Source: Methanobacteriota archaeon
Lineage (GTDB): Archaea > Thermoplasmatota > Thermoplasmata > SG8-5
Length of the DNA stretch: 64,000 bases
Assembly (NCBI GenBank): GCA_013791785.1
Contig: VMTD01000061.1
Location: 898-64,897 of the forward strand
Direction: 5' to 3'
Within the stretch, counting starts at the first letter, position 1. Each line of letters starts with the position of its first letter. Under the pieces are notes generated by a model, which saw only the letters and a list, made by a program, of their open reading frames with translations, was not told the origin of the DNA and made no database searches. Below are positions 55,197 to 64,000 of this stretch, piece after piece. A program made the translations under genes and the position numbers.

Positions 55197-55976
55197 ATGG
55201 AGAGTGCGTTTAGGAAGAAGGCCTTGGCGGTCTGGGTAATCCTCATTATTGTGTTCGGGGGATATTGCACTTACCTGGCCAACATAGAACCTGAGAGAGA
55301 AACGGTTATCTTCATTACGATGACAAGGTATGACATTCAATCGATGAATATTTCGGATGCCTGCGATGCCTTCAATCAAACCTCTTTTCTGGACAATTAT
55401 TCGGTCGGAAATTTTACTGGAACAGATTCCCGTAGATTAAAAATAATTCCTGTTGATAATGAATATATTGAAATTCAATTCTGCAGGCAAGAAGAGATTG
55501 ACCAAACATATTTTTTGGCGATTGGATATGCAGATTTACGTCCATTAATCGGGAATGAGAATTACAATGAATTGGGGACGACATTACAAACAGAATTGGC
55601 TCATGTCCTTGAATATGTAGGCATACAGGTAAGTCCCGAGGAACTGAACGTAATAAGTTACAATCGAGTTACTCCGGATTTTATTTCGCTCACTGCTTTT
55701 TTTGGGCTATTGGCATCGGTTGTGACATATTCATTTTTATTATTTTTCAAGAAGGGGCTCATCCTGCGAAATCTTGGGGGGAGTTTCGTAGATCATCCGA
55801 GACTGCTCATAGGGTTGGCTGGAATGTTCCTTTCCGCATTCCTGGGCCTATGGGAACTCTGGTGGATGGTAGGCGTTGAAACTTTTTCCAGTATTGGCTA
55901 TTTGGCATTATATATTCTACCATTCATCGGAGGACTATACCTGATTAATCGGGAGATTCCGAAGCTAACTCAGTAG
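55197..55976 (+). CDS. Hypothetical membrane protein (AT-rich).
   Basis: N-terminal and C-terminal TM helices and no recognisable domain. Confidence 0.35.
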   Translation: MESAFRKKALAVWVILIIVFGGYCTYLANIEPERETVIFITMTRYDIQSMNISDACDAFNQTSFLDNYSVGNFTGTDSRRLKIIPVDNEYIEIQFCRQEEIDQTYFLAIGYADLRPLIGNENYNELGTTLQTELAHVLEYVGIQVSPEELNVISYNRVTPDFISLTAFFGLLASVVTYSFLLFFKKGLILRNLGGSFVDHPRLLIGLAGMFLSAFLGLWELWWMVGVETFSSIGYLALYILPFIGGLYLINREIPKLTQ

Positions 55977-57775
55977 CCCAGCTTCTTCGCCTCTTCCTCG
56001 GCCTGGGTGACCATTCCGTCCAGCAGGTCCAGACCGTTCTGCCAGAATTCCGGTTTTGTTATGTCCAGGCCCATCTTGGCCATGAGGTTCTTCGGATAAT
56101 CGGAGCCGCCGGCGGCCAGCATGTCCATGTACTTCGGAACGAACGGCTGGCCCTGCTTGCGGTACTGCTCGTAGAGCGACAGAACCATCAGTTCCCCGAA
56201 TGAGTATGCGTAGGTGTAGAACGGGTAATGAACGAAATGAAGGACGTACGACCACCAGGAGCCGTATTCCTCGGTCATCTCAACCGAATCGCCGAACATC
56301 CAGCGGTTCTCGTCGAGCCACATCTGATGTATCTCTTCCGATTTCAGTTCGCCCTGCCCGCGCCTTGCGGCATGGAGCTTTGTTTCGAACCGGTTCATCA
56401 TTATCTGGCGCATGACGGTTGCGAACGTTCCTTCAATTTTGCCGCAAAGGAGATTGAGCCGCTTCTTCGGGTCCTGCTCCTTGGCCAGAAGGTCCGTGAA
56501 CAGCACCATCTCGCCGAATATGCTTGCGGTTTCGGCCATGCACAGAGAGGTGTCCATGAGAAGGTCGCCGCGTTCTCTGGCAAGGTACTGGTGTATGCCG
56601 TGACCCATCTCATGGGCCATTGTCGAGGCGTCGCTCAGGGTGTCGGTGAAGTTCAGCATGATGTAAGGATGATGGTCGGAAGCGGTACTCGCGGAGAAGG
56701 CGCCGCCCTCCTTGCCCTGCCTGGGGTCTGCGTCTATCCAGCCGTGGTCGAAGAATTGCTTGGCTATCTCGCCCGCTTTCGGGCTGAACGACGAGTATGC
56801 AGCCAGGGTCATGGCCTTTGCGGCCTCGTAATCGCACGGCTCTTCTTCCTGGGTGATGGGGCAGTATCTGTCGTAATCCTTGAGATTGTCCATGCCCAGC
56901 AGTTTGGCCTTCAGCCTGTAATACCTGGCCACCATGCCCACATTCCTGTCCACCGCGGCCTTGAGGCTCTCCACTGTCTCGTCGTCGACCTCGTTGGCCA
57001 GGTTTCGCTTCCTGGCAGGGTGCGGAAATTTCCTGAACTCATCTTCTGTGGCATGATGCTGCACCAGGGTGTTGAATATGAACGTGAGAAGGTCCATGTT
57101 TGCGGCCAGGGCCTCGGTGACGCCTTTGTGGGCCATCTTCCTCTTATCCCTGTCCGGGTGGAACAGCATTGCCAGGGCGCCGTCCATTGGCAGGGTCTGC
57201 TCCTGTCCGTCCACCGTGACCTTTACCTGAATCTTGCCCATTGTCTCGTCGAAGAGCCTGACGAACGCCTGTCTGCCGGATAATTCAAGCGCGCTCATGA
57301 GCTTCTCCTCGGCCTCTGAAAGCTGGTGGGGCTTCATCAGCCTCTTCGCTTCCAGCAGATGCCTGTAATCCGCGAGCTCCGGGGATGCCATCAGGCTGTT
57401 GGCAACGTCGTCCTCAATGGCACACCACGCAAGCTCCACGAATATGAGCTGGCTCTCGGCCTTGACGTATAATTCCATCAGGGCCTGTTTCAGCGCAGCC
57501 GCATCTTTGGAAGTGGTGTTCTGGGAGAATCTCAGGTGCGCATAATAATACGGTTTGCGGACATCCCTGGTAATTGCCTCCAGTTCCCTGACAATATCGT
57601 ACATCTGCCCGGGAGTCACTGATGAATTCAGCACCGGCCTGTACTTGGCCTCGAAAGCTTCCGCGCGTTTGACGGCCGCTGCCATCTGTTCCTTGATTTG
57701 GGCACCGTCCAGAGACGGGCATATACCCTCAAAATTCCATTCAATTCCCTTGGCACTTGAATCCTTTGCAACCAT
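55970..57775 (-). CDS. pepF: Oligoendopeptidase F (M3B metallopeptidase).
   Basis: HEMGHGIH zinc-binding motif and a length of 601 aa. Confidence 0.9.
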   Translation of the reverse strand: MVAKDSSAKGIEWNFEGICPSLDGAQIKEQMAAAVKRAEAFEAKYRPVLNSSVTPGQMYDIVRELEAITRDVRKPYYYAHLRFSQNTTSKDAAALKQALMELYVKAESQLIFVELAWCAIEDDVANSLMASPELADYRHLLEAKRLMKPHQLSEAEEKLMSALELSGRQAFVRLFDETMGKIQVKVTVDGQEQTLPMDGALAMLFHPDRDKRKMAHKGVTEALAANMDLLTFIFNTLVQHHATEDEFRKFPHPARKRNLANEVDDETVESLKAAVDRNVGMVARYYRLKAKLLGMDNLKDYDRYCPITQEEEPCDYEAAKAMTLAAYSSFSPKAGEIAKQFFDHGWIDADPRQGKEGGAFSASTASDHHPYIMLNFTDTLSDASTMAHEMGHGIHQYLARERGDLLMDTSLCMAETASIFGEMVLFTDLLAKEQDPKKRLNLLCGKIEGTFATVMRQIMMNRFETKLHAARRGQGELKSEEIHQMWLDENRWMFGDSVEMTEEYGSWWSYVLHFVHYPFYTYAYSFGELMVLSLYEQYRKQGQPFVPKYMDMLAAGGSDYPKNLMAKMGLDITKPEFWQNGLDLLDGMVTQAEEEAKKLGY

Positions 57776-57855
57776 ATTTGTTCACCGAGGACGGGGATAA
57801 GGTGATAGGTTAATAATTTTAGCCACCCTTGTGGAAGGAAAATGCCCAACCATAT

Positions 57856-57940
57856 TTTAGATTTTAGATCTTAGATTTTAGATTTGTGCTGGCAGAATGC
57901 CCAACCGTATTTTAGATTTTAGAACTTAGATTTTAGATTT
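57856..57940. repeat. Family B arrays of the unit GATTTTAGAT, in two blocks separated by tgctggcagaatgcccaaccgt. This is the inverted counterpart of 1718-1802.
   Basis: See 1718-1802. Confidence 0.8.
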
Positions 57941-57954
57941 TTGTTGAGAATATG

Positions 57955-58288
57955 TGTAAGTGGTCAATCTTCAAAAGTTATTATTCCGCAATAACAGATG
58001 TAATTATATGACTGACTATTGTAATCAATTCCCGTTTCAGTTAAATCAAAAAACCATAATTTATTGTTAGAACTATGTAAACTACCAGCCCCTAAAGGAG
58101 TTGGCGTTTGTTGCCAGGGCTGGAAGTTTACCCAGGGGGCCATGCACCTAATTTATCAAAGCCAAATGGCTTTGATTTCATATGCTGGCATATGCACGGT
58201 GCACGGCGGTCTATTTTTTGTTCAGAGGGGTACTTGGGGATGCGGACCACTTACCGTTGTAAGAGGCTTCACATCAGTGACCTCTTAC
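57955..58288. mobile_element. MITE-like composite insertion of about 334 bp. It consists of family C copy 2 (57955-58076), the family A palindromic core (58077-58131), the family A downstream module and a terminal hairpin. It is flanked by a GAATATG direct repeat and has imperfect terminal inverted repeats GTAAG(T/A)GGTCA.
   Basis: GAATATG occurs at 57948-57954 and again at 58289-58295. The paralogous locus at about 1697-1712 has a single catattc (reverse-complemented) and no insert. The 5' end is tgtaagtggtca. The reverse complement of the 3' end is gtaagaggtcac. Confidence 0.4.
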
Positions 58289-58316
58289 GAATATGCAACG
58301 TCGTCAGTCCGTCGTA

Positions 58317-58352
58317 AATCTACAATCTACAATCCCTAAATCTACAATCGTC
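58317..58352. repeat. Family B array of the unit ATCTACAATC (3.5 units) abutting the stop codon of the 58351 gene.
   Basis: The reverse complement matches 1640-1680. Confidence 0.8.
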
Positions 58353-58800
58353 AATCCGCCAGCCATTCTTTAATTGCGGCCACGGCGGCCTCCCGCCTGG
58401 CTGGGTACACGCCCACCTTGAGCCGCACGTCGATGACATCCCTGCCAGACGCCAGGGCCAGTTCTTCGAGATATGCTTTCTGCTTGTCCAGCCTGAAATG
58501 GAACGCGCATTCCTCGTCCACGCGCTCTTCCTCCTGGCCAATTAGATTTTCGGGAATGTGTGCTTCTGCCAGCCGTCCGAGAAAATTCTTTATCTGGCCG
58601 GCCTTCAGGAGTTCTGTTTCGAAAACCGTAATCGGATTGCCGAAGTGGCCTGTTGTCGCGGTCACATTCACCTCTTCGGTACCGGATGCGAATTTCATGG
58701 CTGCCAGGACCCTTTCCTCGATTTCCGTGGCCTGGGCGAAGGCGCGGAAGCGGATGCTGAGAAACTTGATTTCGCTCATTGCTGTATGTAATATTGCCAT
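58351..58800 (-). CDS. Conserved archaeal small protein (UPF0201/COG1931-like putative RNA-binding protein).
   Basis: 149 aa. The identification is by general resemblance only. The alternative-frame ORF 58370..58819 is rejected. Confidence 0.4.
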   Translation of the reverse strand: MAILHTAMSEIKFLSIRFRAFAQATEIEERVLAAMKFASGTEEVNVTATTGHFGNPITVFETELLKAGQIKNFLGRLAEAHIPENLIGQEEERVDEECAFHFRLDKQKAYLEELALASGRDVIDVRLKVGVYPARREAAVAAIKEWLAD

Positions 58801-58878
58801 GTATGAAATAGCTATCCATTACTGCAAAAATGGCGATATAATTAATAAGGAAACTGCATTCCTCTCCCGGTGCTTTGA

Positions 58879-59442
58879 ATGATAGAAGTGAGATTTCACG
58901 GCAGGGGGGGGCAGGGCGCGGTCATTGCCTCCAACATTCTGGCCGAGGCAGCGTTCATAGAAGGCAAGGAGGTATCCGCTTTTCCGTTCTTCGGAGTGGA
59001 GAGGAGAGGAGCCCCTGTAACTGCATATACAAGGATTGCGGATACAAAGATACGGAACAAGTCCGGCATCTATGCTCCCGATTTCGTGGTGGTCATGGAC
59101 CCGTCACTGCTCAACGCTGTTAACATAGTTGAAGGCCTGAAGCCAGGCGGACTGGTGCTGCTCAATACGAAACTTGAACCGGAGAAGCTCCGTGCGAATC
59201 TGGGCCTTTCCCCGGACCAGAGACTCGCCACGATACCGGCAACGGACATAGCCATAAAGCACAGGCTGGGCAGTAAATCTGCGCCAATCGTCAACAGTTC
59301 GGTACTTGGCGCATTCGCCAGGGTCTCTGGCGTCGTGGGGCTGGAACCGCTCATCAAGGCAGTGAAGAAAAATGTTCCAATCAAGATTGACGAAAACGCT
59401 GCCGCAGCCAGGGAGGCGTACGAGTCGGTGGTGATACTATGA
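58879..59442 (+). CDS. porG: Pyruvate:ferredoxin oxidoreductase gamma subunit.
   Basis: N-terminus MIEVRFHGRGGQGAVIASNILAEAAF. Confidence 0.9.
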   Translation: MIEVRFHGRGGQGAVIASNILAEAAFIEGKEVSAFPFFGVERRGAPVTAYTRIADTKIRNKSGIYAPDFVVVMDPSLLNAVNIVEGLKPGGLVLLNTKLEPEKLRANLGLSPDQRLATIPATDIAIKHRLGSKSAPIVNSSVLGAFARVSGVVGLEPLIKAVKKNVPIKIDENAAAAREAYESVVIL

Positions 59443-59735
59443 CGAAGGAGGAACTCAAGGGTGTCTACAAAACATACCGGGATTTGCCCCTCACCCCGAT
59501 TACCAGCGTGAACTCGGCCGCGAACCGGACGGGATTCTGGAAGACATTCAAGCCGGTGATGGATGCCGAGAAATGCATCAAATGCGGCATATGCTGGAAG
59601 TTCTGTCCGGACGTCGCGGTCAAGATGAAACCCGGCGAACTGCCAAGCTTCGATCTGGAGCACTGCAAGGGCTGCGGAATATGCGCCCACGAGTGCCCGA
59701 AAAAGGCCATAACAATGGTAATGGAAGGTGAGTAG
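59439..59735 (+). CDS. porD: Pyruvate:ferredoxin oxidoreductase delta subunit (2x[4Fe-4S] ferredoxin).
   Basis: CIKCGICWKFCP and CKGCGICAHECP motifs. Confidence 0.9.
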   Translation: MTKEELKGVYKTYRDLPLTPITSVNSAANRTGFWKTFKPVMDAEKCIKCGICWKFCPDVAVKMKPGELPSFDLEHCKGCGICAHECPKKAITMVMEGE

Positions 59736-60915
59736 AATGAAAATGGTCATGACTGGCAATTATGCCTCGGCCTACGGTGCCAAGGTTTGCAGGGCTGAAG
59801 TCATCTCCGCCTACCCGATTACGCCGCAGACCTCCATTGTCGAGAAGATTGCGACACTGGTATCTTCCGGGGAGATGAAGGCACAGTTTGTAAAAGTAGA
59901 GAGCGAGCACAGCGCCATGGCAGCCCTGATATCGGCGTCCATGACCGGCGCCAGAACTTACACTGCAACGTCGTCTCACGGGCTTCTGCTGATGCATGAA
60001 CTTCTCATATGGGCGGCAGGCGCCAGAACGCCGATAGTCATGAGCAATGTCTGCCGTGCCAACGGCCCGCCGTGGAGCGTCTGGGCGGACCATCACGATG
60101 CGATAGCGCAGCGCGACACAGGCTGGATGCAGGTGTTTTGCGAAGGCAATCAGGAAGTCCTGGATTCAATAATAATGGCCTACAAACTTGGGGAAAATCC
60201 CAACATCCGTTTGCCTACCATGATAAACGAGGATGCGTTCATTCTGTCGCACACCGTGGAACCGGTGGACGTCCCGGAGATGGAGGATGTTGATGATTTC
60301 CTGCCGCCGTACAATCCGAGATTCAAACTGGACGTTGACGAGCCGTACGGCTTCGGAAGCCTGGTCATGCCCGAGATGTACATGGAATTCAGATTCAAGA
60401 TCAACGAAGCCATGGAGGCCGCAAGGCAGGGCTGGCGTGACGTGGAGAAGGATTTCGAGAAGAAGTTCGGCCGGAACCACGGCGGCATGGTGGAGTTCTA
60501 TCAATGCGAAGACGCGGACGCCGTCCTGATAATGGCCGGCTCCATTGCCAGTACCGCGAAAGATGTGGTCGACAAACTGAGGTCGGAGGGAAAGAAGGTC
60601 GGACTGGCTCGCATCAGGATCTTCAGACCATTCCCGGTGGAGGAAATTCGGAAACTCGCCGGCATGACAAACATCCTGGCAATGTGCGATCATTCCTACA
60701 CATTCGGACATTGGGGGCCCATGGCCCAAGAGGTCAGGGGGGCGCTTTATGACCTGGCAGATAAACCGCTTCTGAAGAATTACATCGTCGGACTGGGGGG
60801 CAAGGACATGACCCCTGAAGTCATCGAAAAGATTTACCTGAAAACACTGGCACTCAAGGATGGATTGGATGCCGACATTGAATGGATTGGCGTAAAGGGC
60901 CACGGGGGTTGGTAA
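59728..60915 (+). CDS. porA: Pyruvate:ferredoxin oxidoreductase alpha subunit.
   Basis: N-terminus MTGNYASAYGAKVCRAEVISAYPITPQT. Confidence 0.9.
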   Translation: MSRMKMVMTGNYASAYGAKVCRAEVISAYPITPQTSIVEKIATLVSSGEMKAQFVKVESEHSAMAALISASMTGARTYTATSSHGLLLMHELLIWAAGARTPIVMSNVCRANGPPWSVWADHHDAIAQRDTGWMQVFCEGNQEVLDSIIMAYKLGENPNIRLPTMINEDAFILSHTVEPVDVPEMEDVDDFLPPYNPRFKLDVDEPYGFGSLVMPEMYMEFRFKINEAMEAARQGWRDVEKDFEKKFGRNHGGMVEFYQCEDADAVLIMAGSIASTAKDVVDKLRSEGKKVGLARIRIFRPFPVEEIRKLAGMTNILAMCDHSYTFGHWGPMAQEVRGALYDLADKPLLKNYIVGLGGKDMTPEVIEKIYLKTLALKDGLDADIEWIGVKGHGGW

Positions 60916-60916
60916 C

Positions 60917-61825
60917 ATGGCAAAATTCACCATACCGGAAGAAGAGTACATGAACCCGGGCCACGTCGGTTGCCTGGGCTGCGGCGCGTGCAATGCCATG
61001 CGTTACACACTGAAGGCGCTCGGCCCCAAAACAATAATGAGCATACCGGCCTGCTGCTGGGCAGTGATGCCTGGCCCGTTCCCGGCGAAATGCCTTGAAG
61101 TGCCGCTGATCAATACTGCATTTGAAGTGACGGGTGCGTCCATTTCCGGCATCAAGGCAGCGCTGGATGCGAAAGGTATTACTGATGTTACGGTCGTGGG
61201 ATTCGCCGGCGACGGCGGTACGGCGGATATCGGCATTCAGGCACTCTCCGGCATGGTCGAACGCGGCACCGACGTAATTTACATAATGTATGACAATGAA
61301 GCATACATGAACACCGGCATCCAGAGATCTTCGTCAACGCCGATTGGCGCATGGACGACCACAACGCCAGTTGGCAATACCAAGGACTGGAAAAAACAGC
61401 CAAAGAAGAACATGATGGACATCATGGTGGCGCACAAGATCCCGTACGCCGCAACATGCAGCATCGGGTACCCCGAGGACATGATTAAGAAACTGCGCAA
61501 GGCCAAGGAGATACGCGGCCCCAAGTTCATTCAGGTGTTTGCACCTTGCCCAACGGGGTGGAGAATGCTGCCAGAAAATACAATAGAGGTCTGCAGGCTG
61601 GCCATTGATACGGCCGCCCAACCGCTCTACGAGGTGGAGAACGGCGTTTACACCATCAGTCGGAAACCCAAGGAACTCAAGCCGATAAAGGATTACATGG
61701 CCATCCAGGGGCGGTTCAGGCATCTCCCCGTGGAAGAGATAGAGGCAATTCAGAAAACCGTCAACTGGGAGTGGAACAGGCTCCTGAAACTCGAAGAATT
61801 CACGAAAGGACTGGTGGAACAATGA
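60917..61825 (+). CDS. porB: Pyruvate:ferredoxin oxidoreductase beta subunit (TPP-binding).
   Basis: TPP-binding GDGG motif (GFAGDGGTADIG) and the Cys ligands CLGCGA. Confidence 0.9.
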   Translation: MAKFTIPEEEYMNPGHVGCLGCGACNAMRYTLKALGPKTIMSIPACCWAVMPGPFPAKCLEVPLINTAFEVTGASISGIKAALDAKGITDVTVVGFAGDGGTADIGIQALSGMVERGTDVIYIMYDNEAYMNTGIQRSSSTPIGAWTTTTPVGNTKDWKKQPKKNMMDIMVAHKIPYAATCSIGYPEDMIKKLRKAKEIRGPKFIQVFAPCPTGWRMLPENTIEVCRLAIDTAAQPLYEVENGVYTISRKPKELKPIKDYMAIQGRFRHLPVEEIEAIQKTVNWEWNRLLKLEEFTKGLVEQ

Positions 61826-63690
61826 ATCAATTACTTACAAAGGAAAAGGGAAAGAAATTATTTTTGCTGGGCAATGAGGCAATAGTCAGGGGTTCGCTGG
61901 AAGCGGGTCTCGATTTTGCAGCTTGCTATCCCGGCACGCCGTCATCCGAAATAGGCAACACGTTCTTCGAAATCGGCAAGGACGCGAATGTCTACTTCGA
62001 ATTCTCAACCAACGAGAAAGTTGCGTTGGAAGTTGCCGCTGCGGCGTCGGCCTGCGGCCTCAGGGCCATGACATTCATGAAGCATGTGGGCCTGAACGTT
62101 GCCGCTGATGCCTTCATGACTGTTGCATACACCGGCGTGAGAGGCGGATTTGTAATGATTTCCGCTGACGATCCGGGATGTCATTCCAGCCAGAACGAGC
62201 AAGATAATCGTTATTACGCCAGGATTGCCAACATACCCATGTTCGAACCCGCAAACGCCAACGAGGCAAAGGACATGACAAGAAACGGGTTCGCACTTTC
62301 GGAGAAGCTGGAACTGCCTGTACTTGTGCGCACCACAACGCGGCTGAACCACGTGAGGGGCGCGGTTGAGACGGGCAATCTGGAACCCCAGAGGGGAAAG
62401 GGCCATTTCGACAAGGACCCGGGACGATTCGTGACCATTCCCGCCCATGCCAGAATAGGCCACGTCAAACTTCTGGAGCGCATGACCAAGGCACTGGTGA
62501 TTTCTGAAAATTCCGAGTTCAACAAGGTCATCGACATGGGGGGTTCCGAGTACGGTGTCATTACTTCCGGCGTATCATACAACTATGCCGTGGACATAAT
62601 GGGCGCAGCCGGAATCAAGGGCAAGATACTCAAATTGGGCATGACCTGGCCCCTGCCGGAAAAGATGATGACGGAATTCATAAAATCCGTCGATAAACTG
62701 GTAATAGTGGAGGAAGGCGAGCCGCTGCTTGAGAACGCGATTATGGCACTGGCCAAGGACGTTAAACCCGAAATAATGGTTTACGGAAAGCGTTCCGGCC
62801 ATTTCTCAGTCATGGGCGAATACGGCCCGGACGTTCTGAAATCCGCATTCTCCGGAATAACCGGAATGGACCTTATGCCGAAGAACGTGCCCAAGGCCAG
62901 CACGCCGCTGCCCGCACGCCCGCCGTCCCTGTGCCCTGGCTGTCCGCATCGAAGCACGTACTACGCGGCCAAACTGGCCCTGAAGCAGAACTTCAAGGAC
63001 GCGATTTTCTCGTCCGATATAGGATGTTACACGCTGGGCATCCAGGAGCCGCTGAACGTTGCGGATTTCCTGCTGTGCATGGGCTCCAGCGTTGATGCCG
63101 CTGGCGGATTTTCAAAGGCCACTGACCAGCCGGTTCTGGCGTTCCTGGGCGATTCCACGTTCTTCCATTCGGGAATTCACGGCGTCGTGAATGCCGTGTA
63201 CAACCGTCACAAGTTCGTCTACACCATTCTGGATAACCGGACGACTGCAATGACAGGCCACCAGCCCAACCCGGGAATGGGTACCGACGGCCGCGGAGAC
63301 CCCGCGCCCATGATTTCCATCGAGGATATTGTCAAAGGCTGCGGCGTTGATTTCGTGCGAACGGTCGATACCAGCAATATCAAGGAGATGCAGAAGGCAT
63401 ATGAGGATGCGCTGGCACACGACAAACTGGCAGTCATAATCGCAAAGAGGGAATGCGTCCTTCTGGAGATTCGGGCTCGCAAGAAGGCAAAGGATTTCCA
63501 TACCTGGCAGATAAACCAGGAGGAATGCACAAAATGCCAGGTCTGCATCAAGACCTGGGGCTGTCCGGCTATCTACCTGGCGGACGACGGAAGCGTGCAC
63601 ATCAACGATGGCATCTGCAATGGTTGCGGCATCTGCTCGAAAGTTTGCCCGTTCAAGGCAATCCATGAGAACACGGAGGTGAGGAAATGA
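61822..63690 (+). CDS. iorA: Indolepyruvate:ferredoxin oxidoreductase alpha subunit.
   Basis: N-terminus LLGNEAIVRGSLEAGLDFAACYPGTPSSEI, a TPP domain and C-terminal 4Fe-4S motifs. The start at ATGA overlaps the porB stop. Confidence 0.9.
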   Translation: MNQLLTKEKGKKLFLLGNEAIVRGSLEAGLDFAACYPGTPSSEIGNTFFEIGKDANVYFEFSTNEKVALEVAAAASACGLRAMTFMKHVGLNVAADAFMTVAYTGVRGGFVMISADDPGCHSSQNEQDNRYYARIANIPMFEPANANEAKDMTRNGFALSEKLELPVLVRTTTRLNHVRGAVETGNLEPQRGKGHFDKDPGRFVTIPAHARIGHVKLLERMTKALVISENSEFNKVIDMGGSEYGVITSGVSYNYAVDIMGAAGIKGKILKLGMTWPLPEKMMTEFIKSVDKLVIVEEGEPLLENAIMALAKDVKPEIMVYGKRSGHFSVMGEYGPDVLKSAFSGITGMDLMPKNVPKASTPLPARPPSLCPGCPHRSTYYAAKLALKQNFKDAIFSSDIGCYTLGIQEPLNVADFLLCMGSSVDAAGGFSKATDQPVLAFLGDSTFFHSGIHGVVNAVYNRHKFVYTILDNRTTAMTGHQPNPGMGTDGRGDPAPMISIEDIVKGCGVDFVRTVDTSNIKEMQKAYEDALAHDKLAVIIAKRECVLLEIRARKKAKDFHTWQINQEECTKCQVCIKTWGCPAIYLADDGSVHINDGICNGCGICSKVCPFKAIHENTEVRK

Positions 63691-64000
63691 CCAGAATAGT
63701 CGTTGTCGGAGTCGGGGGCCAGGGCGTCCTGTTCGCCTCCAAGGTGCTTTCGGAAGCCGCACTCATGGAAGGCAAAAACGCAGTGATGAGCGAGGTCCAC
63801 GGAATGGCCCAGCGCGGCGGCGTGGTCATGTGCAATATCTGCGTCGGGTGCATCGAAAGCTCGCTCGTCGGCGACGCCGAAGCCGATATAATATTCGCAT
63901 TCGAGCCAATGGAAGCCTACCGGGCTCTGCCGAAAGCGAACGCGGGAACGCGGTTCGTCACCAGCACCTCGAAAGTTGTGCCTGTGGTCGTCTCGATAGG
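63687..64000 (+). CDS. iorB: Indolepyruvate:ferredoxin oxidoreductase beta subunit, 3'-truncated at the window edge.
   Basis: N-terminus MTRIVVVGVGGQGVLFASKVLSEAALMEGKNAVMSEVHGMAQRGG. It overlaps the iorA stop as ATGA. Confidence 0.85.
   Translation, partial: MTRIVVVGVGGQGVLFASKVLSEAALMEGKNAVMSEVHGMAQRGGVVMCNICVGCIESSLVGDAEADIIFAFEPMEAYRALPKANAGTRFVTSTSKVVPVVVSI

Noticed and set aside
56228-57283. 351-aa plus-strand ORF
   Set aside because: It is antisense to oligoendopeptidase F, which contains the HEMGH zinc motif.
58370-58819. 149-aa alternative-frame minus-strand ORF
   Set aside because: It overlaps the 58351..58800 ORF completely. Its composition is Arg/Gly-rich, typical of an out-of-frame translation of GC-rich coding sequence.

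Overview
The 64-kb window reads as an archaeal chromosome segment, and I tentatively place it in a Thermoplasmatota-like lineage. The archaeal call rests on gene content: thermosome, aIF2-alpha, Nop10, L7Ae, S28e, L24e, S27e, L44e, the agmatidine synthetase TiaS, a type-II archaeal GAPDH, Dph2, a Dph6-like ligase, Tsr3 and Pop5. Overall GC looks about 55-57% by eye. Much of the window is a fermentative energy-metabolism backbone: a complete pyruvate:ferredoxin oxidoreductase operon (porGDAB) runs straight into indolepyruvate oxidoreductase (iorAB), a tungsten-type aldehyde:ferredoxin oxidoreductase follows a ferredoxin and two membrane proteins, and there are a biotin carboxylase / BCCP / carboxyltransferase / enoyl-CoA hydratase operon and a carbamate kinase. 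A conserved translation and ribosome cluster (L44e-S27e-aIF2alpha-Nop10-PAC2) is chained by overlapping stop and start codons, and FtsZ and a MATE transporter are also present.

Four things fall outside this backbone. (1) An AT-rich, probably acquired island at about 30.3-36.45 kb carries a RhuM-family gene, a GNAT, a four-gene radical-SAM/SPASM + nucleoside-phosphorylase-family + cupin-like + DUF3795-like cassette, and a translationally coupled pair in which a Panacea (DUF4065)-DUF488 fusion overlaps an uncharacterised zinc-ribbon protein. I consider that pair the best candidate for an undescribed toxin-antitoxin or defence-like module. (2) A HEPN/MNT toxin-antitoxin pair sits next to a 650-bp ORF-free GC-rich region with promoter-like and terminator-like signals, which may encode an ncRNA. 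(3) Several dispersed non-coding repeat families occur. One is a 56-bp palindromic element whose GTAAAC arms supply stop codons to flanking genes. Another is a pair of 10-bp tandem-repeat arrays (GATTGTAGAT / ATCTAAAATC) present as inverted copies about 56 kb apart. A third is a MITE-like composite insertion with an apparent 7-bp target duplication and 11-bp terminal inverted repeats. (4) Tandem duplications affect the 3' end of arcC. No CRISPR array, tRNA gene or rRNA gene was recognised.
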